Assembly (NCBI GenBank): GCA_036675565.1
Contig: JAKFER010000047.1
Location: 105,756 to 169,755, forward strand
Length of the DNA stretch: 64,000 bases
Reading direction: 5' to 3'
Source of the DNA: Chitinophagaceae bacterium
GTDB taxonomy: Bacteria; Bacteroidota; Bacteroidia; Chitinophagales; Chitinophagaceae
The notes below the pieces were generated by a model. It was given only the letters and a program-made list of their open reading frames with translations, made no database searches and had not been told where the DNA came from. Positions 1 to 9,825 of the stretch are shown piece after piece (the first letter of the stretch is position 1; each line of letters opens with the position of its first letter). The position numbers were made by a program, and so were the translations under genes.

Positions 1-268
1 CCTGGATAACCGGATCCAGCTTTACCCCAACCCGGTTAGCCAGAATACATTTGCGGTTCGCTTCAATAGTTTGCAGGCAGGCAATTATCGTATTGAGCTT
101 CGGGATGTAATGGGCAGAACGATTCTTCAACAAAAAGTAAACGTATTGGGTAACGACCAAAGTGAATCAATCAACATCAATCCTGCATCTGCTAAAGGAG
201 TTTATATGGTGCAGGTTATAAATGAACAAAACAAAACCGTTTTTTCTCAAAAATTGGTTGTTCAGTAA
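1..268 (+). CDS. 3' fragment of a secreted protein ending in a T9SS (Por) C-terminal sorting domain; 5' end lies outside the window
   Basis: Frame is open from the window edge (codons from nt 2). The tail ...LYPNPVSQNTF...GVYMVQV...QKLVVQ* fits the ~80-aa Por_Secre_tail pattern, and a hairpin terminator follows. Confidence 0.75.
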   Translation, partial: LDNRIQLYPNPVSQNTFAVRFNSLQAGNYRIELRDVMGRTILQQKVNVLGNDQSESININPASAKGVYMVQVINEQNKTVFSQKLVVQ

Positions 269-289
269 TATTGATTTTATCAATAGAAA

Positions 290-318
290 AGCGTTGGACC
301 TCATCCAGCGCTTTTTTG
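290..318 (+). terminator. Rho-independent terminator after the T9SS-cargo gene
   Basis: AGCGTTGGA (290-298) pairs with TCCAGCGCT (304-312): 9 bp with one G-U, 5-nt loop, then TTTTTTG. Confidence 0.65.
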
Positions 319-476
319 TTGCCGGTAATTGATGACAAACTGTTTCTTAGCCAGGTAAGCCCCGATTTTGTTAAAAATGATTAAAATGGCAACCTGTAAA
401 TCTGGTTTATCGATATTATTATAGAAGTGAATGCTTTTAAAAAATTTGGCCGGACAGACCCCTATGTTGGCTATTG

Positions 477-501
477 AGCAGGCTGTTATAGCCTGCTTTT
501 G
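477..501 (+). terminator. Orphan hairpin plus U-run in the obg upstream region (possible end of a small transcript)
   Basis: AGCAGGCT (477-484) pairs with AGCCTGCT (490-497): 8-bp perfect stem, 5-nt loop, followed by TTTG. No annotated ORF ends here. Confidence 0.3.
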
Positions 502-569
502 TATTTATATCCCAGTTTGTATTGGTTGGATAAAAAATCGATAGATCAGCCACTTCATTTTGAACCAAG

Positions 570-577
570 TATCTTTG
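570..577 (+). promoter_or_regulatory. Candidate Bacteroidota -7 promoter box (TAnnTTTG) for obg
   Basis: TATCTTTG lies 20 nt upstream of the GTG start at 597. No well-spaced -33 TTTG was seen. Confidence 0.3.
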
Positions 578-596
578 CCCTTTCAAAAAATTAATA

Positions 597-1595
597 GTGC
601 AGAAAAGCAATTTTGTTGACCAAATCAGGATCTTTTGTCGCAGTGGACATGGAGGCGCAGGTATCAAACATTTTTTACGCAGCAAACTAACAGCGTTTGG
701 TGGGCCGGATGGAGGCGATGGGGGTCGTGGCGGACATATCATTTTAAAAGGGAACAAAAACCTTTGGACCTTATTACACCTGCGATATTATAAAAATGTA
801 CTTGCCGAAGATGGAGATAAAGGTGGTGATACCAATAAAACGGGGCGTAATGGAAAAGATATCATCCTGGAAGTGCCATTAGGTACTATTGCCACAGATG
901 AAGAAACTGGGGAAAAAGAAGCGGAGATCCTGGAGCATGGACAGGAAGTAATCTGGCTCAGTGGTGGCCGTGGCGGATTAGGGAATTCAAATTTTGCTAC
1001 ACCAACCAACCAGGCACCTGAACATGCGCAACCTGGCGAACCGGGTCATGAAGGATGGAAAGTGCTGGAACTAAAAGTCTTGGCTGATGTGGGATTGGTG
1101 GGCTTTCCTAATGCCGGCAAATCAACGCTGCTATCCGTTATTACAGCAGCCAAACCAAAGATTGCAGATTACGCATTTACAACCATCACACCTAATTTAG
1201 GTATCGTTCCATACCGGGATGATAAGAGTTTTTGTATTGCCGATCTGCCCGGGATTATCGAAGGTGCCGCAGAAGGCAAAGGACTTGGGCACCGGTTTCT
1301 TCGCCATATAGAACGTAACCCCGTTTTACTTTTCCTGGTACCAGCGGATAGTGCAGATCATAAACACGAATACGAAGTGCTGGTGAAAGAATTGGAAGAA
1401 TTCAATCCTGAATTATTGAATAAACAATTTGTAATCGCTGTCAGTAAGAGTGATATGCTGGATGATGAATTAAAGGAAGCGATCCGTAAAGAACTACCTG
1501 CTAATGTTCCTCATTTGTTTATTTCGTCAGTCACAGGGCAGGGTTTAACAGAATTAAAAGATCTTTTGTGGAAAGTGTTAAACGAACCCTTGTAA
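597..1595 (+). CDS. obg: GTPase Obg/CgtA
   Basis: N-terminal Gly-rich Obg fold ([20 protein letters not shown]), G1 GFPNAGKST and DLPGIIEGA motifs. GTG start. Confidence 0.95.
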   Translation: MQKSNFVDQIRIFCRSGHGGAGIKHFLRSKLTAFGGPDGGDGGRGGHIILKGNKNLWTLLHLRYYKNVLAEDGDKGGDTNKTGRNGKDIILEVPLGTIATDEETGEKEAEILEHGQEVIWLSGGRGGLGNSNFATPTNQAPEHAQPGEPGHEGWKVLELKVLADVGLVGFPNAGKSTLLSVITAAKPKIADYAFTTITPNLGIVPYRDDKSFCIADLPGIIEGAAEGKGLGHRFLRHIERNPVLLFLVPADSADHKHEYEVLVKELEEFNPELLNKQFVIAVSKSDMLDDELKEAIRKELPANVPHLFISSVTGQGLTELKDLLWKVLNEPL

Positions 1596-1626
1596 GCATT
1601 CCACCGCTGTTTACTATCTTTGAAGC

Positions 1627-2214
1627 ATGCCGAAGAATGCTCAAAAAAAATCAACGAAAAAAGAAATAATACTCGAAAAGGCCGCTGTTATGTTCCGCGA
1701 AAAAGGGTTTAGCGCTACATCCATGCGTGACCTGGCTGAAAGTGTTGGCATTGAAGCCGCCAGTCTTTATAATCATATTCAATCCAAATCCCAGATCCTG
1801 CAGGAAATTGTATTTCGTGCCGCTGACGATTGTAACCAGCATTTGGAAATATTAACCAATGAAAATGTTTCCTGTTCTGTAAAAATCGAATCTATCATTC
1901 GTTTTCATGTACAAATGATGTTGAACCGGTTCGAAGATTACCACGTGATGACCCATGAGTGGATCCATTTATCAGAACCGCATTTATCCGGGTTTATCAC
2001 CCAGCGCCGCACCTATGTACAGAAACTTGAATCCATCGTTGAAGAATGCATTCAAAAAAAAGAATTTAAACCCATCATTCCATATGTTGCTGTATTGACC
2101 ATCTTATCAGCTGTGCGTGGTTTGGAATTCTGGCATCGCAGCCAGAAAAAAATTACACCTGCCGAACTGGAAGAAAACATGGTTACCCACTTGATCAGCG
2201 GGTTAAAAAAATAA
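1627..2214 (+). CDS. TetR/AcrR family transcriptional regulator (candidate paa regulator, inferred from adjacency to paaE)
   Basis: N-terminal HTH region ILEKAAVMFREKGFSATSMRDLAESVGIEAASLYNH is typical TetR_N. It sits directly upstream of paaE. Confidence 0.85.
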   Translation: MPKNAQKKSTKKEIILEKAAVMFREKGFSATSMRDLAESVGIEAASLYNHIQSKSQILQEIVFRAADDCNQHLEILTNENVSCSVKIESIIRFHVQMMLNRFEDYHVMTHEWIHLSEPHLSGFITQRRTYVQKLESIVEECIQKKEFKPIIPYVAVLTILSAVRGLEFWHRSQKKITPAELEENMVTHLISGLKK

Positions 2215-2280
2215 ATACAATTTTAATTTGAATTTTCCTCTTAACTGGTTCAATAATTTGTTTGCCTAACGATTGCTTTC

Positions 2281-3360
2281 ATGATCCATTTTCACCCATT
2301 AACGATAAAAGAAATAAACCAGGAAACAGATGATTGCGTTTCCATGGTGTTTGATGTTCCGGAAGATTTAAAAAATAAGTTCCGTTTCAACCAGGGACAA
2401 AGTTTAACCATGCGTACGCATTTGAATGGGGAAGAAGTAAGACGAACCTATTCTATTTGCAGCAGTCCATTTGATGATGAGTGGCGGGTGGCTATCAAAA
2501 AAGTGGATGGGGGTTTGTTTTCAACTCACGCCAACGAACAGTTGAAAAAAGGCGATGTGATTGAAGTGATGCCGCCTGTTGGAAAATTCTATACAGAACT
2601 GGACCCCCAGCATAAAAAAAATTATGTTGCCTTTGTTGCTGGCAGCGGTATCACACCTGTATTATCCATCATCAAAACTACTTTGCTTACAGAGCCCGGG
2701 AGTACGTTTACACTGGTTTATGGCAATCGCAATAAAAACTCAATCATATTCAAAGAGGAACTCGAAGCTTTAAAAGATAAATACCTGGATCGCTTCAGGA
2801 TTTATCATATTCTGAGCCGCGAACGAACCGATGTGCCTTTGAATGAAGGAAGAATTGATGCTCAAAAACTGGAACTGCTTTTCGAGAAACTCATTAACAT
2901 AGATAACTGTGATGATTTTTTTCTTTGTGGCCCGGAAGAAATGATATTTACCGCAAAAGGTTTTTTAGAAAAGCATAATGTACCAGTTAATAAAATTCAT
3001 TTTGAATTATTCACCATTCCCGGTGTGAAACAATCCACAGTTCAAACAACCATCACAAAAGAATTGAATGAAGGCCCGCAGGCAACGGTAAGTGTGAGAG
3101 TGGATGGAATTTTATTCGATTTTAAATTGGGATATGAAAGTAACAGCATTTTAGATGCCGCTTTAAAAGAAGGCGCTGATTTACCTTTTGCCTGTAAGGG
3201 TGGTGTTTGTTGTACCTGCAAAGCAAAGCTGCTGGAAGGTGAAGTGAAGATGGATGTAAACTGGGGCCTTGAACCGGACGAAGTGGAAGCCGGTTTTATT
3301 CTTACATGTCAAAGCCATCCCACAACAGAAAGAGTAGTTGTTGATTTTGATGTGAAATAA
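2281..3360 (+). CDS. paaE: Phenylacetyl-CoA epoxidase reductase subunit PaaE (PaaK): FAD/NAD(P)-binding plus a plant-type 2Fe-2S domain
   Basis: RTYSICS flavin motif, GSGITP NAD motif, C-terminal CKGGVCCTCKAKL...C ferredoxin cluster. Length is close to E. coli PaaE. Confidence 0.85.
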   Translation: MIHFHPLTIKEINQETDDCVSMVFDVPEDLKNKFRFNQGQSLTMRTHLNGEEVRRTYSICSSPFDDEWRVAIKKVDGGLFSTHANEQLKKGDVIEVMPPVGKFYTELDPQHKKNYVAFVAGSGITPVLSIIKTTLLTEPGSTFTLVYGNRNKNSIIFKEELEALKDKYLDRFRIYHILSRERTDVPLNEGRIDAQKLELLFEKLINIDNCDDFFLCGPEEMIFTAKGFLEKHNVPVNKIHFELFTIPGVKQSTVQTTITKELNEGPQATVSVRVDGILFDFKLGYESNSILDAALKEGADLPFACKGGVCCTCKAKLLEGEVKMDVNWGLEPDEVEAGFILTCQSHPTTERVVVDFDVK

Positions 3361-3403
3361 ATTCTACTTATAATTTTAAGCTGACAGCATTATAACCATT
3401 CCT

Positions 3404-4606
3404 TTATCTCCCAAACCTATAAAACTGGCTTAACTGGTTTGGCTTATCTTGTAACAGATCGATAATGATTTCCACAGCCTGTATGGAAAATGTAATTCCA
3501 TTGCCACCAAATCCTAATACAAAAAGAGCATTTTCATATTCTGGTGATTTACCGATATAAGGTAGTCCATCTTTTGTTTTTCCAAAAACGCCTCCCCAAC
3601 TATGATCCTGGATGAAATCTACATCTCCTAATATTTTTTCAAGATTTGCTACCAGTTTTTTCGATTTGAGTTCTTTCGTTTTTGAATTCAACAACGATGC
3701 TTTATAGTTTGAATCTTCACCACCTACCAAAAGTCTGCCATCATCTGTTGTGCGCATATATAAATAAGGATCATTGGTATCCCATACCAATGTGTTTTGC
3801 AAATTGTCTGGTAATACAATGCCATCTTCACTGATAGTTGCCCATGTATAAATTAATTTAGCAACTTTTTCTTTCAGCATGCCGGTTGTTTCAAACCCGG
3901 TACAAAAAATAACTTTTTGACCCTTGATCAAATGGCCTTCAGAAGTAGTTAATAAAACACCTTCTTTTTTAAAATTGTAATCTTTAATGATTGTTTGATC
4001 GTAAACCTTCAATCCCTTTTTCACATTCATGGCAATCAGTTCATGCGCCAGTTTATAAGCATCCACACTGCCGGCTTTCGAGGAAAGTATTCCGCCATAA
4101 CTTTTAATACCATACTGATCCAGGATATTTTTAGCTGTTAGCCATTCTACACCCAACTGATGTTTATCGCGAATGGCAAATTCTTTTTCAAGGTTTGTTG
4201 CTGCTTTTTTATTGTGAGCAATGTAAAGTGAATCTTGTTTTTTAAAACCGCAATCAATTTTAAAATGATCAATTAAAGTATCAAGTTTGTCAATAGCTTC
4301 TATACCGCTTTTGTAACATTGCGCAGCTTCTTCTTCACCAATCATCTCCGCGAGTTTATACAGTGGTGTATCAATTTCATACTGCAGCATACTGGTAGTG
4401 GCTGAAGTGCTACCCATCGCAATATCTCTTTTATCAACAAGGATAGAATTGTAACCTTCTTGTATCAAAGCATGGCTGATGAGTGCGCCGGTTATACCCC
4501 CACCGATAACAATGATATCAGTCGTTACATCTTCCCTTAACATAGGGTAGGTATTCAAAAGCCCATTCTTTAATAACCAGAATGACTCAAATGTTCTTAA
4601 TCGCAT
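3404..4606 (-). CDS. FAD-dependent oxidoreductase (DAO family)
   Basis: N-terminal Rossmann motif DIIVIGGGITGALISHAL; 400 aa, typical of DAO-type enzymes. Confidence 0.8.
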   Translation of the reverse strand: MRLRTFESFWLLKNGLLNTYPMLREDVTTDIIVIGGGITGALISHALIQEGYNSILVDKRDIAMGSTSATTSMLQYEIDTPLYKLAEMIGEEEAAQCYKSGIEAIDKLDTLIDHFKIDCGFKKQDSLYIAHNKKAATNLEKEFAIRDKHQLGVEWLTAKNILDQYGIKSYGGILSSKAGSVDAYKLAHELIAMNVKKGLKVYDQTIIKDYNFKKEGVLLTTSEGHLIKGQKVIFCTGFETTGMLKEKVAKLIYTWATISEDGIVLPDNLQNTLVWDTNDPYLYMRTTDDGRLLVGGEDSNYKASLLNSKTKELKSKKLVANLEKILGDVDFIQDHSWGGVFGKTKDGLPYIGKSPEYENALFVLGFGGNGITFSIQAVEIIIDLLQDKPNQLSQFYRFGR

Positions 4607-4665
4607 AGATGCTCTTTAGTTGAATGTATAATGGAATGGACGTTAAAATTGTTCGATAGTGAGCA

Positions 4666-4696
4666 TTAAAAAACCCAGCCTTTCAAACTGGGTTTA
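4666..4696 (-). terminator. Rho-independent terminator ending the PUL1 enzyme genes
   Basis: AAACCCAG (4671-4678) pairs with CTGGGTTT (4688-4695). On the minus strand the stem is followed by TTTTTTAATG. It lies 23 nt downstream of the GH30 stop. Confidence 0.6.
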
Positions 4697-4718
4697 ATAT
4701 ATTATTTTATTAAGAGCA

Positions 4719-6215
4719 TTAAAATATCAATGTAGCAATGGAATGCGGCAAAGCTGTTAATTCAGCAGCCTGTCCATTGATCCATAAAAAATAAGGCGTT
4801 TTAATATCTCCCTGGTTCATAACAACAACAACCGTTTTTCCATCTTCATTACGAAAAGCAGTTGTGAGTAACTGGCTGCGGCTGGCAGAAGCAATAACTC
4901 TTTTTGCTCCTGGTTTTATGAATTTTGAAAAATGACCAATATAATAATATGAATTAGTGAATATTAATTTACCGGTCTTTGTATCCGCATGTACCGGTGC
5001 AAAACAAAAATTCTGTACATGGTTTGGTCCACCAGTTTCATCCAGTAAAATATTCCAGTCTGTAAATCCAACCATACCATTATTAAAATCGTTGATCATG
5101 CTGCGCCCATATTCTTCTCCCAATACCCAGGCATTATAACGTTTGGCATCAAAACTTTCAACCGTTCCTTCTGTAAAGAAAATATTTTTGTCAGGATATG
5201 CTTCATGAACCCTTTTAATATTATCATACATCGGTTGGCCACCGCTCCAGTCTTCATACCAATGAAATCCAATACCCCAGATATATTTGGAAGCTTCGGG
5301 ATCATCAAAATAAGTTTGGGCACGTTGATAAATCAAATCGCGGTTATGATCCCAAACAATAATTTTTTTATCCTGCAAACCTTCTTTTGCCATCGTTGGT
5401 CCTAAATGGTTTTTCAAGAAATCTCTTTCTTCTTCGGCAGTATACAAACAACTTTCCCAACGCTGTGTAGCCATGGGTTCATTTTGAATGCTGATACCCC
5501 AAATAGGAATGCCTTCTTTCTCATATTCTTTGATGAATTTAGTATAGTAAGTTGCCCAGCTATTATAAAATTGCGGCAATAATTTTCCACCCTGTTTCAT
5601 GTTGTTATTATCTTTCATCCAGGCTGGCGGGCTCCATGGACTGGCAAAAAGATCAAGCTTGCCACCAGCAGCTTCTTGTGCTTTTTTAATGAAAGGGATT
5701 TTGAATTTTTTATCCGGTGCAACATTGAATGTTTTGAGTGATGAATCACCATCTGCAACATAGGTGTACATGCCGCTGCTAAAATCACAACTGTTGATAT
5801 TGGTCCTGGCAACAGTATAACCAATACCTTTTTCTTTATCAAAATGAGCCTCTAAGAATTGTTGCTGCGCTGCTGCGGGTAATTTATAAAATGTTTCCGC
5901 CGATGCATCGGTTAATGCAGCACCGATTCCGAAGAATGTTTGAAAAGTTTTGGTTGGATCTACAAATACCGCAACCTGGTTTTCTTTTGGTTGATCCATG
6001 GGAGTAAAACTCAATGTATCGGTAAGGGTTAAACGAAGATCGCTGCTGTCTGCCGTTGTGTAAACGATCACTTGTTTACCTTCTGTTGTAAATGGAACAG
6101 GAGGTGGAGAAGATAGCGTTCCTGTTTTTTCGGTTTGATCTGCACAACTGAATAAAAAAATGACGGATGATAAAATGAATATTTTTTTCACAAATTTAAT
6201 TTTTGAAGTTACCAT
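4719..6215 (-). CDS. Glycoside hydrolase family 30 (glucosylceramidase/beta-glucanase-like) lipoprotein
   Basis: SPWSPPAWMK and SIQNEP (acid/base) ... FFTEG (nucleophile) motifs; lipobox LFSC. The ATG overlaps the upstream stop (ATGGTAA). Confidence 0.8.
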   Translation of the reverse strand: MVTSKIKFVKKIFILSSVIFLFSCADQTEKTGTLSSPPPVPFTTEGKQVIVYTTADSSDLRLTLTDTLSFTPMDQPKENQVAVFVDPTKTFQTFFGIGAALTDASAETFYKLPAAAQQQFLEAHFDKEKGIGYTVARTNINSCDFSSGMYTYVADGDSSLKTFNVAPDKKFKIPFIKKAQEAAGGKLDLFASPWSPPAWMKDNNNMKQGGKLLPQFYNSWATYYTKFIKEYEKEGIPIWGISIQNEPMATQRWESCLYTAEEERDFLKNHLGPTMAKEGLQDKKIIVWDHNRDLIYQRAQTYFDDPEASKYIWGIGFHWYEDWSGGQPMYDNIKRVHEAYPDKNIFFTEGTVESFDAKRYNAWVLGEEYGRSMINDFNNGMVGFTDWNILLDETGGPNHVQNFCFAPVHADTKTGKLIFTNSYYYIGHFSKFIKPGAKRVIASASRSQLLTTAFRNEDGKTVVVVMNQGDIKTPYFLWINGQAAELTALPHSIATLIF

Positions 6216-7660
6216 ATATACGTACCCACTCCACCAACTGGTAAATGGGTTGCTACTTTTTTGCCTTTGAATTGAATATTGAATGATGCAGCCGTATTTG
6301 CATCATTTAAAACGATGAGAACATTTTTGCCTGTGGGTGTTACAAAGGCAGCACTGTGCAAACTGCCTGAATTGTTACTCGCTACTCTAACCGATCCGGC
6401 TGGTACAAATTTAGAAGCATGTGCAATGATGTAATAGGAAACATTTCTTGTAACGTTAGAACCACTGATTGTTAAAGCACCTTTACATTCTGTGCAACCA
6501 CCGGGCGTATGTGGTCCGAAATTAGGATCGTTAGCCAGGTTCCATTCTAATGCTGTTCGGCTCCAGTTACGCATGGTTCCAATGATCACATTCTTTAAAT
6601 GCCATTGCAGGTCACCATCAAAAGTTCCTTTAGATCCTGTCCATTGTTCGGTAAAATAAACATGCTTATCAGGGTGCGCATTGTGAACAGTTGTCATGCC
6701 GCTAACATCGCCTGCATACAAATGAAACGCAGACCCATTGATATATTTTTTTGCATCGGGATCATTTAAAATCGAAATTGGATAATCTGTGCGATCAAGG
6801 TTGTGATCATAAATAATGATTTTGGTTGAAATGCCGGCTGCCTGGAAGGCTGGTCCCAGGCTGTTCTTGATAAAATTGCTTTGTTGTTCGGCTAGCATAA
6901 GTAAACTTGGATTGTTGCCCGGATGTAGTGGTTCATTTTGTATTGTGATGGCATCGATGGTAATGCCCTGCGCCTTCATTTGCTGAATATATTTTACAAA
7001 ATATTGCGCATATGCATCATGATATTCCGGTTTTAAACTTCCACCAATTGAGCTTCCATTATCCTTCATCCAAACCGGTGGGCTCCATGGTGAACCCATT
7101 ATTTTTATGTTTGGATTGATCGCTAAAATTTCTTTCAGTAATGGAATAACACCGGTGCCGTTTGCCATGTCGGGCTCCAAACTAAAATTATTTAAAGCAG
7201 GATCAGTTTGACCTGCAGGCATATCATTATAGGTATATACACTGGCACTTAAATCTGAAGCGCCAATAGCTACACGCAGGTAACTTATTCCAATTGAGTT
7301 ATCGTTTTTACCAAACAGCTCCTGCAGCAATGCGGTTTTACCGGAAGCACTCATTCCATTGATCAGTGTTGCACTGCCACTGGTTAATGTATAACCAAAA
7401 CCATCAATGGTTTGAAACTTTTGGTCAGGTTCTACCGTGATGGTTGGATAAACATTTACGGGTGTTCCAAATGCAAGTATATCAGTTTGCTTTTTTAATA
7501 ATATGGATTGATCGGCTTTTGTTAACCAGAAATCAACTTCATTTTTGATTACTACTGGCGGAGTAACAGGTGGTGTTGGATCGTCTCCATTTTTTTTAGA
7601 ACAATTTGATTGAATGGTTAATAGCCAGATCAAACTCAGTGATAAAATTTTAAAACTCAT
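6209..7660 (-). CDS. Glycoside hydrolase family 30, consistent with an endo-beta-1,6-glucanase type
   Basis: SPWSPPVWMK, TIQNEP and YFTEQ motifs. I place the start at the ATG at 7660 (MSFKILSLSL... signal peptide); the ORF-track start at 7738 adds a non-signal-like extension. Confidence 0.8.
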   Translation of the reverse strand: MSFKILSLSLIWLLTIQSNCSKKNGDDPTPPVTPPVVIKNEVDFWLTKADQSILLKKQTDILAFGTPVNVYPTITVEPDQKFQTIDGFGYTLTSGSATLINGMSASGKTALLQELFGKNDNSIGISYLRVAIGASDLSASVYTYNDMPAGQTDPALNNFSLEPDMANGTGVIPLLKEILAINPNIKIMGSPWSPPVWMKDNGSSIGGSLKPEYHDAYAQYFVKYIQQMKAQGITIDAITIQNEPLHPGNNPSLLMLAEQQSNFIKNSLGPAFQAAGISTKIIIYDHNLDRTDYPISILNDPDAKKYINGSAFHLYAGDVSGMTTVHNAHPDKHVYFTEQWTGSKGTFDGDLQWHLKNVIIGTMRNWSRTALEWNLANDPNFGPHTPGGCTECKGALTISGSNVTRNVSYYIIAHASKFVPAGSVRVASNNSGSLHSAAFVTPTGKNVLIVLNDANTAASFNIQFKGKKVATHLPVGGVGTYIW

Positions 7661-7697
7661 TATATAATTTTTAAAAAACTTGAGATAGCAAATTATT

Positions 7698-8720
7698 TTA
7701 TTGATACACCCGCACATAATCAACTTCCATAGCCGCATTATTAAATGCAGCGTCTACCGGACCGGGCCAGTTTCCACCCAAAGCCACATTCAGGATAATA
7801 AAAAATTCCTGGTTAAAAGGCAGGGTTGCACTGTTTGTAAATGTGTAGAACACTACATCGTCTACAGAAAATTTAATGGACCCGGGAGTCCATTCGGCAG
7901 CGTATTTATGAAATGCTGTTGTGGCATTTGTAATGGTTGTTGATCCTCCCACACTATTACCACCAGAATGTTCCGGGTAATGTAAGGTGCTGTGGATTTT
8001 ATTTAGTTCCCGGCCCAGGTGTTCCATGATATCTATTTCACCACTGGCGGGCCATCCAACAGTAGAAAAATTATTTCCCAGCATCCATATAGCGGGCCAG
8101 GTTCCAACACCGGCAGGCAACTTTGCCCTTACTTCAATCTTTCCATACTTAAATGCATATTTTCCTTTTGTAAGTAACCTTGCGGAAGTAAATTCACTGC
8201 CACTAAAATTCTCTCTTTTAGCCATTATTTTTAAAGTGCCATCAGATACAATAACATTTTCAGCCCTGTTGGTATAATACTGCAATTCATTATTCCCCCA
8301 ACCACCGGCACCAAGATCGTAACCCCATTTTGCAGCATCCGGTGCACCAGCTGTTTCAAATTCATCAGTCCAAACCAACGTCCTTTCTTTTTGTATGGCA
8401 ACAGTTATTGATTTGGAAATACTTTGATTCGTACTGTTTTTCGCTACAACTGTAACAGTATATGTGGCAGATGCAGTGTATGTATGCGTCACTACACCAT
8501 TTGCACTTACCTGGTTACTGCCATCACCAAAATCAAAAAGATAAACTACCGCATTGGTAGCAGTCGCCGTAAAAGAAACATTGCCGCTGTTATCTGTACT
8601 GACTACTGCATTGATATTAAGATTTGCCGGGGGACTAACCTCAGTACCACCGGATGATTTTTTATCGCATGCTGAGGTGACAAAAACAAATGCTATTAAA
8701 AAGCTTAAAACTGGTTTCAT
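7698..8720 (-). CDS. GH16 beta-1,3-glucanase (laminarinase-like) with an N-terminal PKD domain; lipoprotein
   Basis: Catalytic GEIDIMEH (ExDxxE) motif, a WPAIWMLG strand, an N-terminal PKD-like repeat and lipobox TSAC. Confidence 0.85.
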   Translation of the reverse strand: MKPVLSFLIAFVFVTSACDKKSSGGTEVSPPANLNINAVVSTDNSGNVSFTATATNAVVYLFDFGDGSNQVSANGVVTHTYTASATYTVTVVAKNSTNQSISKSITVAIQKERTLVWTDEFETAGAPDAAKWGYDLGAGGWGNNELQYYTNRAENVIVSDGTLKIMAKRENFSGSEFTSARLLTKGKYAFKYGKIEVRAKLPAGVGTWPAIWMLGNNFSTVGWPASGEIDIMEHLGRELNKIHSTLHYPEHSGGNSVGGSTTITNATTAFHKYAAEWTPGSIKFSVDDVVFYTFTNSATLPFNQEFFIILNVALGGNWPGPVDAAFNNAAMEVDYVRVYQ

Positions 8721-8800
8721 ATTTTTATTTATTATACAGCATTTGGAATGGTTATAATTTCATCCCTGTTGGAGATAAGTTTTATTGATGATCAATCCAG

Positions 8801-8837
8801 AAAAAATAAAAGGAGGAGATAAACCCTCCTCCTTTTA
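8801..8837 (-). terminator. Rho-independent terminator between the SGBP-like genes and the GH genes of PUL1
   Basis: 11-bp stem, 8808-8818 pairing with 8826-8836 (AAAAGGAGGAG/CTCCTCCTTTT), 7-nt loop. On the minus strand it is followed by ATTTTTT. Confidence 0.65.
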
Positions 8838-8886
8838 AACTAATAAAAACACAAAGTGAAAAATGTACCTGTATTGTTTGGGTTCA

Positions 8887-9813
8887 TTACTGCGCCTTTA
8901 ATTTGAGATACCAGGCATTGCCGGTTTCAGTTCCCCTAACTCTTAAATACATAGTTGTTGGAGTGATAGACAAAATTTCGTATTCTTTTTGCACGGCTCC
9001 ATAACCAATAAAGGTGGTGTTACCTGCTAACTGAATACTTGTACTGGTAGATACTGAAGAAGAAACACCGCTGCTGGATGGAACAAAACTAAAGTTTGAA
9101 GTGCCGCCTGCATATGGATAACATCCTTCATCACCTGATGCTGGTATGCCGGGTAATGTTGTTAAAGCACCTGTTTTGGTGAAAGCCCCATCGGGTGTGT
9201 TAGTCTGCAAAGTATAATTGTTTCCTGTTTGTTTGAAAACATAACTGGCAGAATAAAAGCATGCACAGCAAGATGATTTTTCAAATGGTCCACCAGCCCA
9301 CCATTCTGGTGTAACTGAAGCTGCATTCCATGGACCTACACCAAAGTGACCAGCCAAAGGTTCATCAACAATCCAGGTTTTAGATCCGGTACCGACTAAG
9401 TTGGAAACGATCTCCGGATCAGGTATAAAATTACTTTTTACAGAGATGTCTTTGGTGATGGTAGATGAACTTCCACCCTTACCATAAACAACCGCAGTGA
9501 TTGTATAATTATTTACACCTTCTGTGGTATACTTATGTGTGATGGTTCCTGTTGGTAAAAAAACCAAATCAACAGGAGTATTTGCGTCAAAATCAACTTT
9601 GTAAGAAATCGCATTGTCCGCGGTAACCGTTATTTCTACATCGCCAGAGCCATCACCATTGGGATTAGCGGCATCTTGTCCTGCAATAACAGTATTTATC
9701 TGGAGATTGGTTGGTGGTGTTAAATCACCAAACGAATACTCCTTTTTTTCGCAGCTGATAAAAACAAGGATCAGCATGGCAATGGCTAAAAGAGGTTTAA
9801 ATGTGTTATTCAT
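8887..9813 (-). CDS. PKD-domain surface lipoprotein (SusE/F-position candidate glycan-binding protein)
   Basis: Lipobox FISC, one PKD-like repeat (VEITVTADNAISYKVDF...YTITAVVYG), and a position two genes downstream of SusD. Confidence 0.6.
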   Translation of the reverse strand: MNNTFKPLLAIAMLILVFISCEKKEYSFGDLTPPTNLQINTVIAGQDAANPNGDGSGDVEITVTADNAISYKVDFDANTPVDLVFLPTGTITHKYTTEGVNNYTITAVVYGKGGSSSTITKDISVKSNFIPDPEIVSNLVGTGSKTWIVDEPLAGHFGVGPWNAASVTPEWWAGGPFEKSSCCACFYSASYVFKQTGNNYTLQTNTPDGAFTKTGALTTLPGIPASGDEGCYPYAGGTSNFSFVPSSSGVSSSVSTSTSIQLAGNTTFIGYGAVQKEYEILSITPTTMYLRVRGTETGNAWYLKLKAQ

Positions 9814-9825
9814 TAGTTTATGTTT

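Noticed and set aside
437-757. 106-aa minus-strand ORF rich in Pro ([12 protein letters not shown]), overlapping the obg start
   Set aside because: It is the antisense reading of the Gly-rich Obg N-terminal domain (GGN codons read as NCC Pro codons). It has no independent signal, and obg is unambiguous on the + strand.
7661-7738. N-terminal extensions offered by the ORF track (also 15854-15922, 41486-41569, 43579-43641, 47994-48149, 52249-52338, 53564-53581, 57032-57124)
   Set aside because: The extensions precede clear signal peptides, or alignable N-termini of E. coli Paa proteins. Several of them overlap the neighbouring gene or run through repeat DNA, and several use TTG/GTG starts. Internal ATG starts were preferred.
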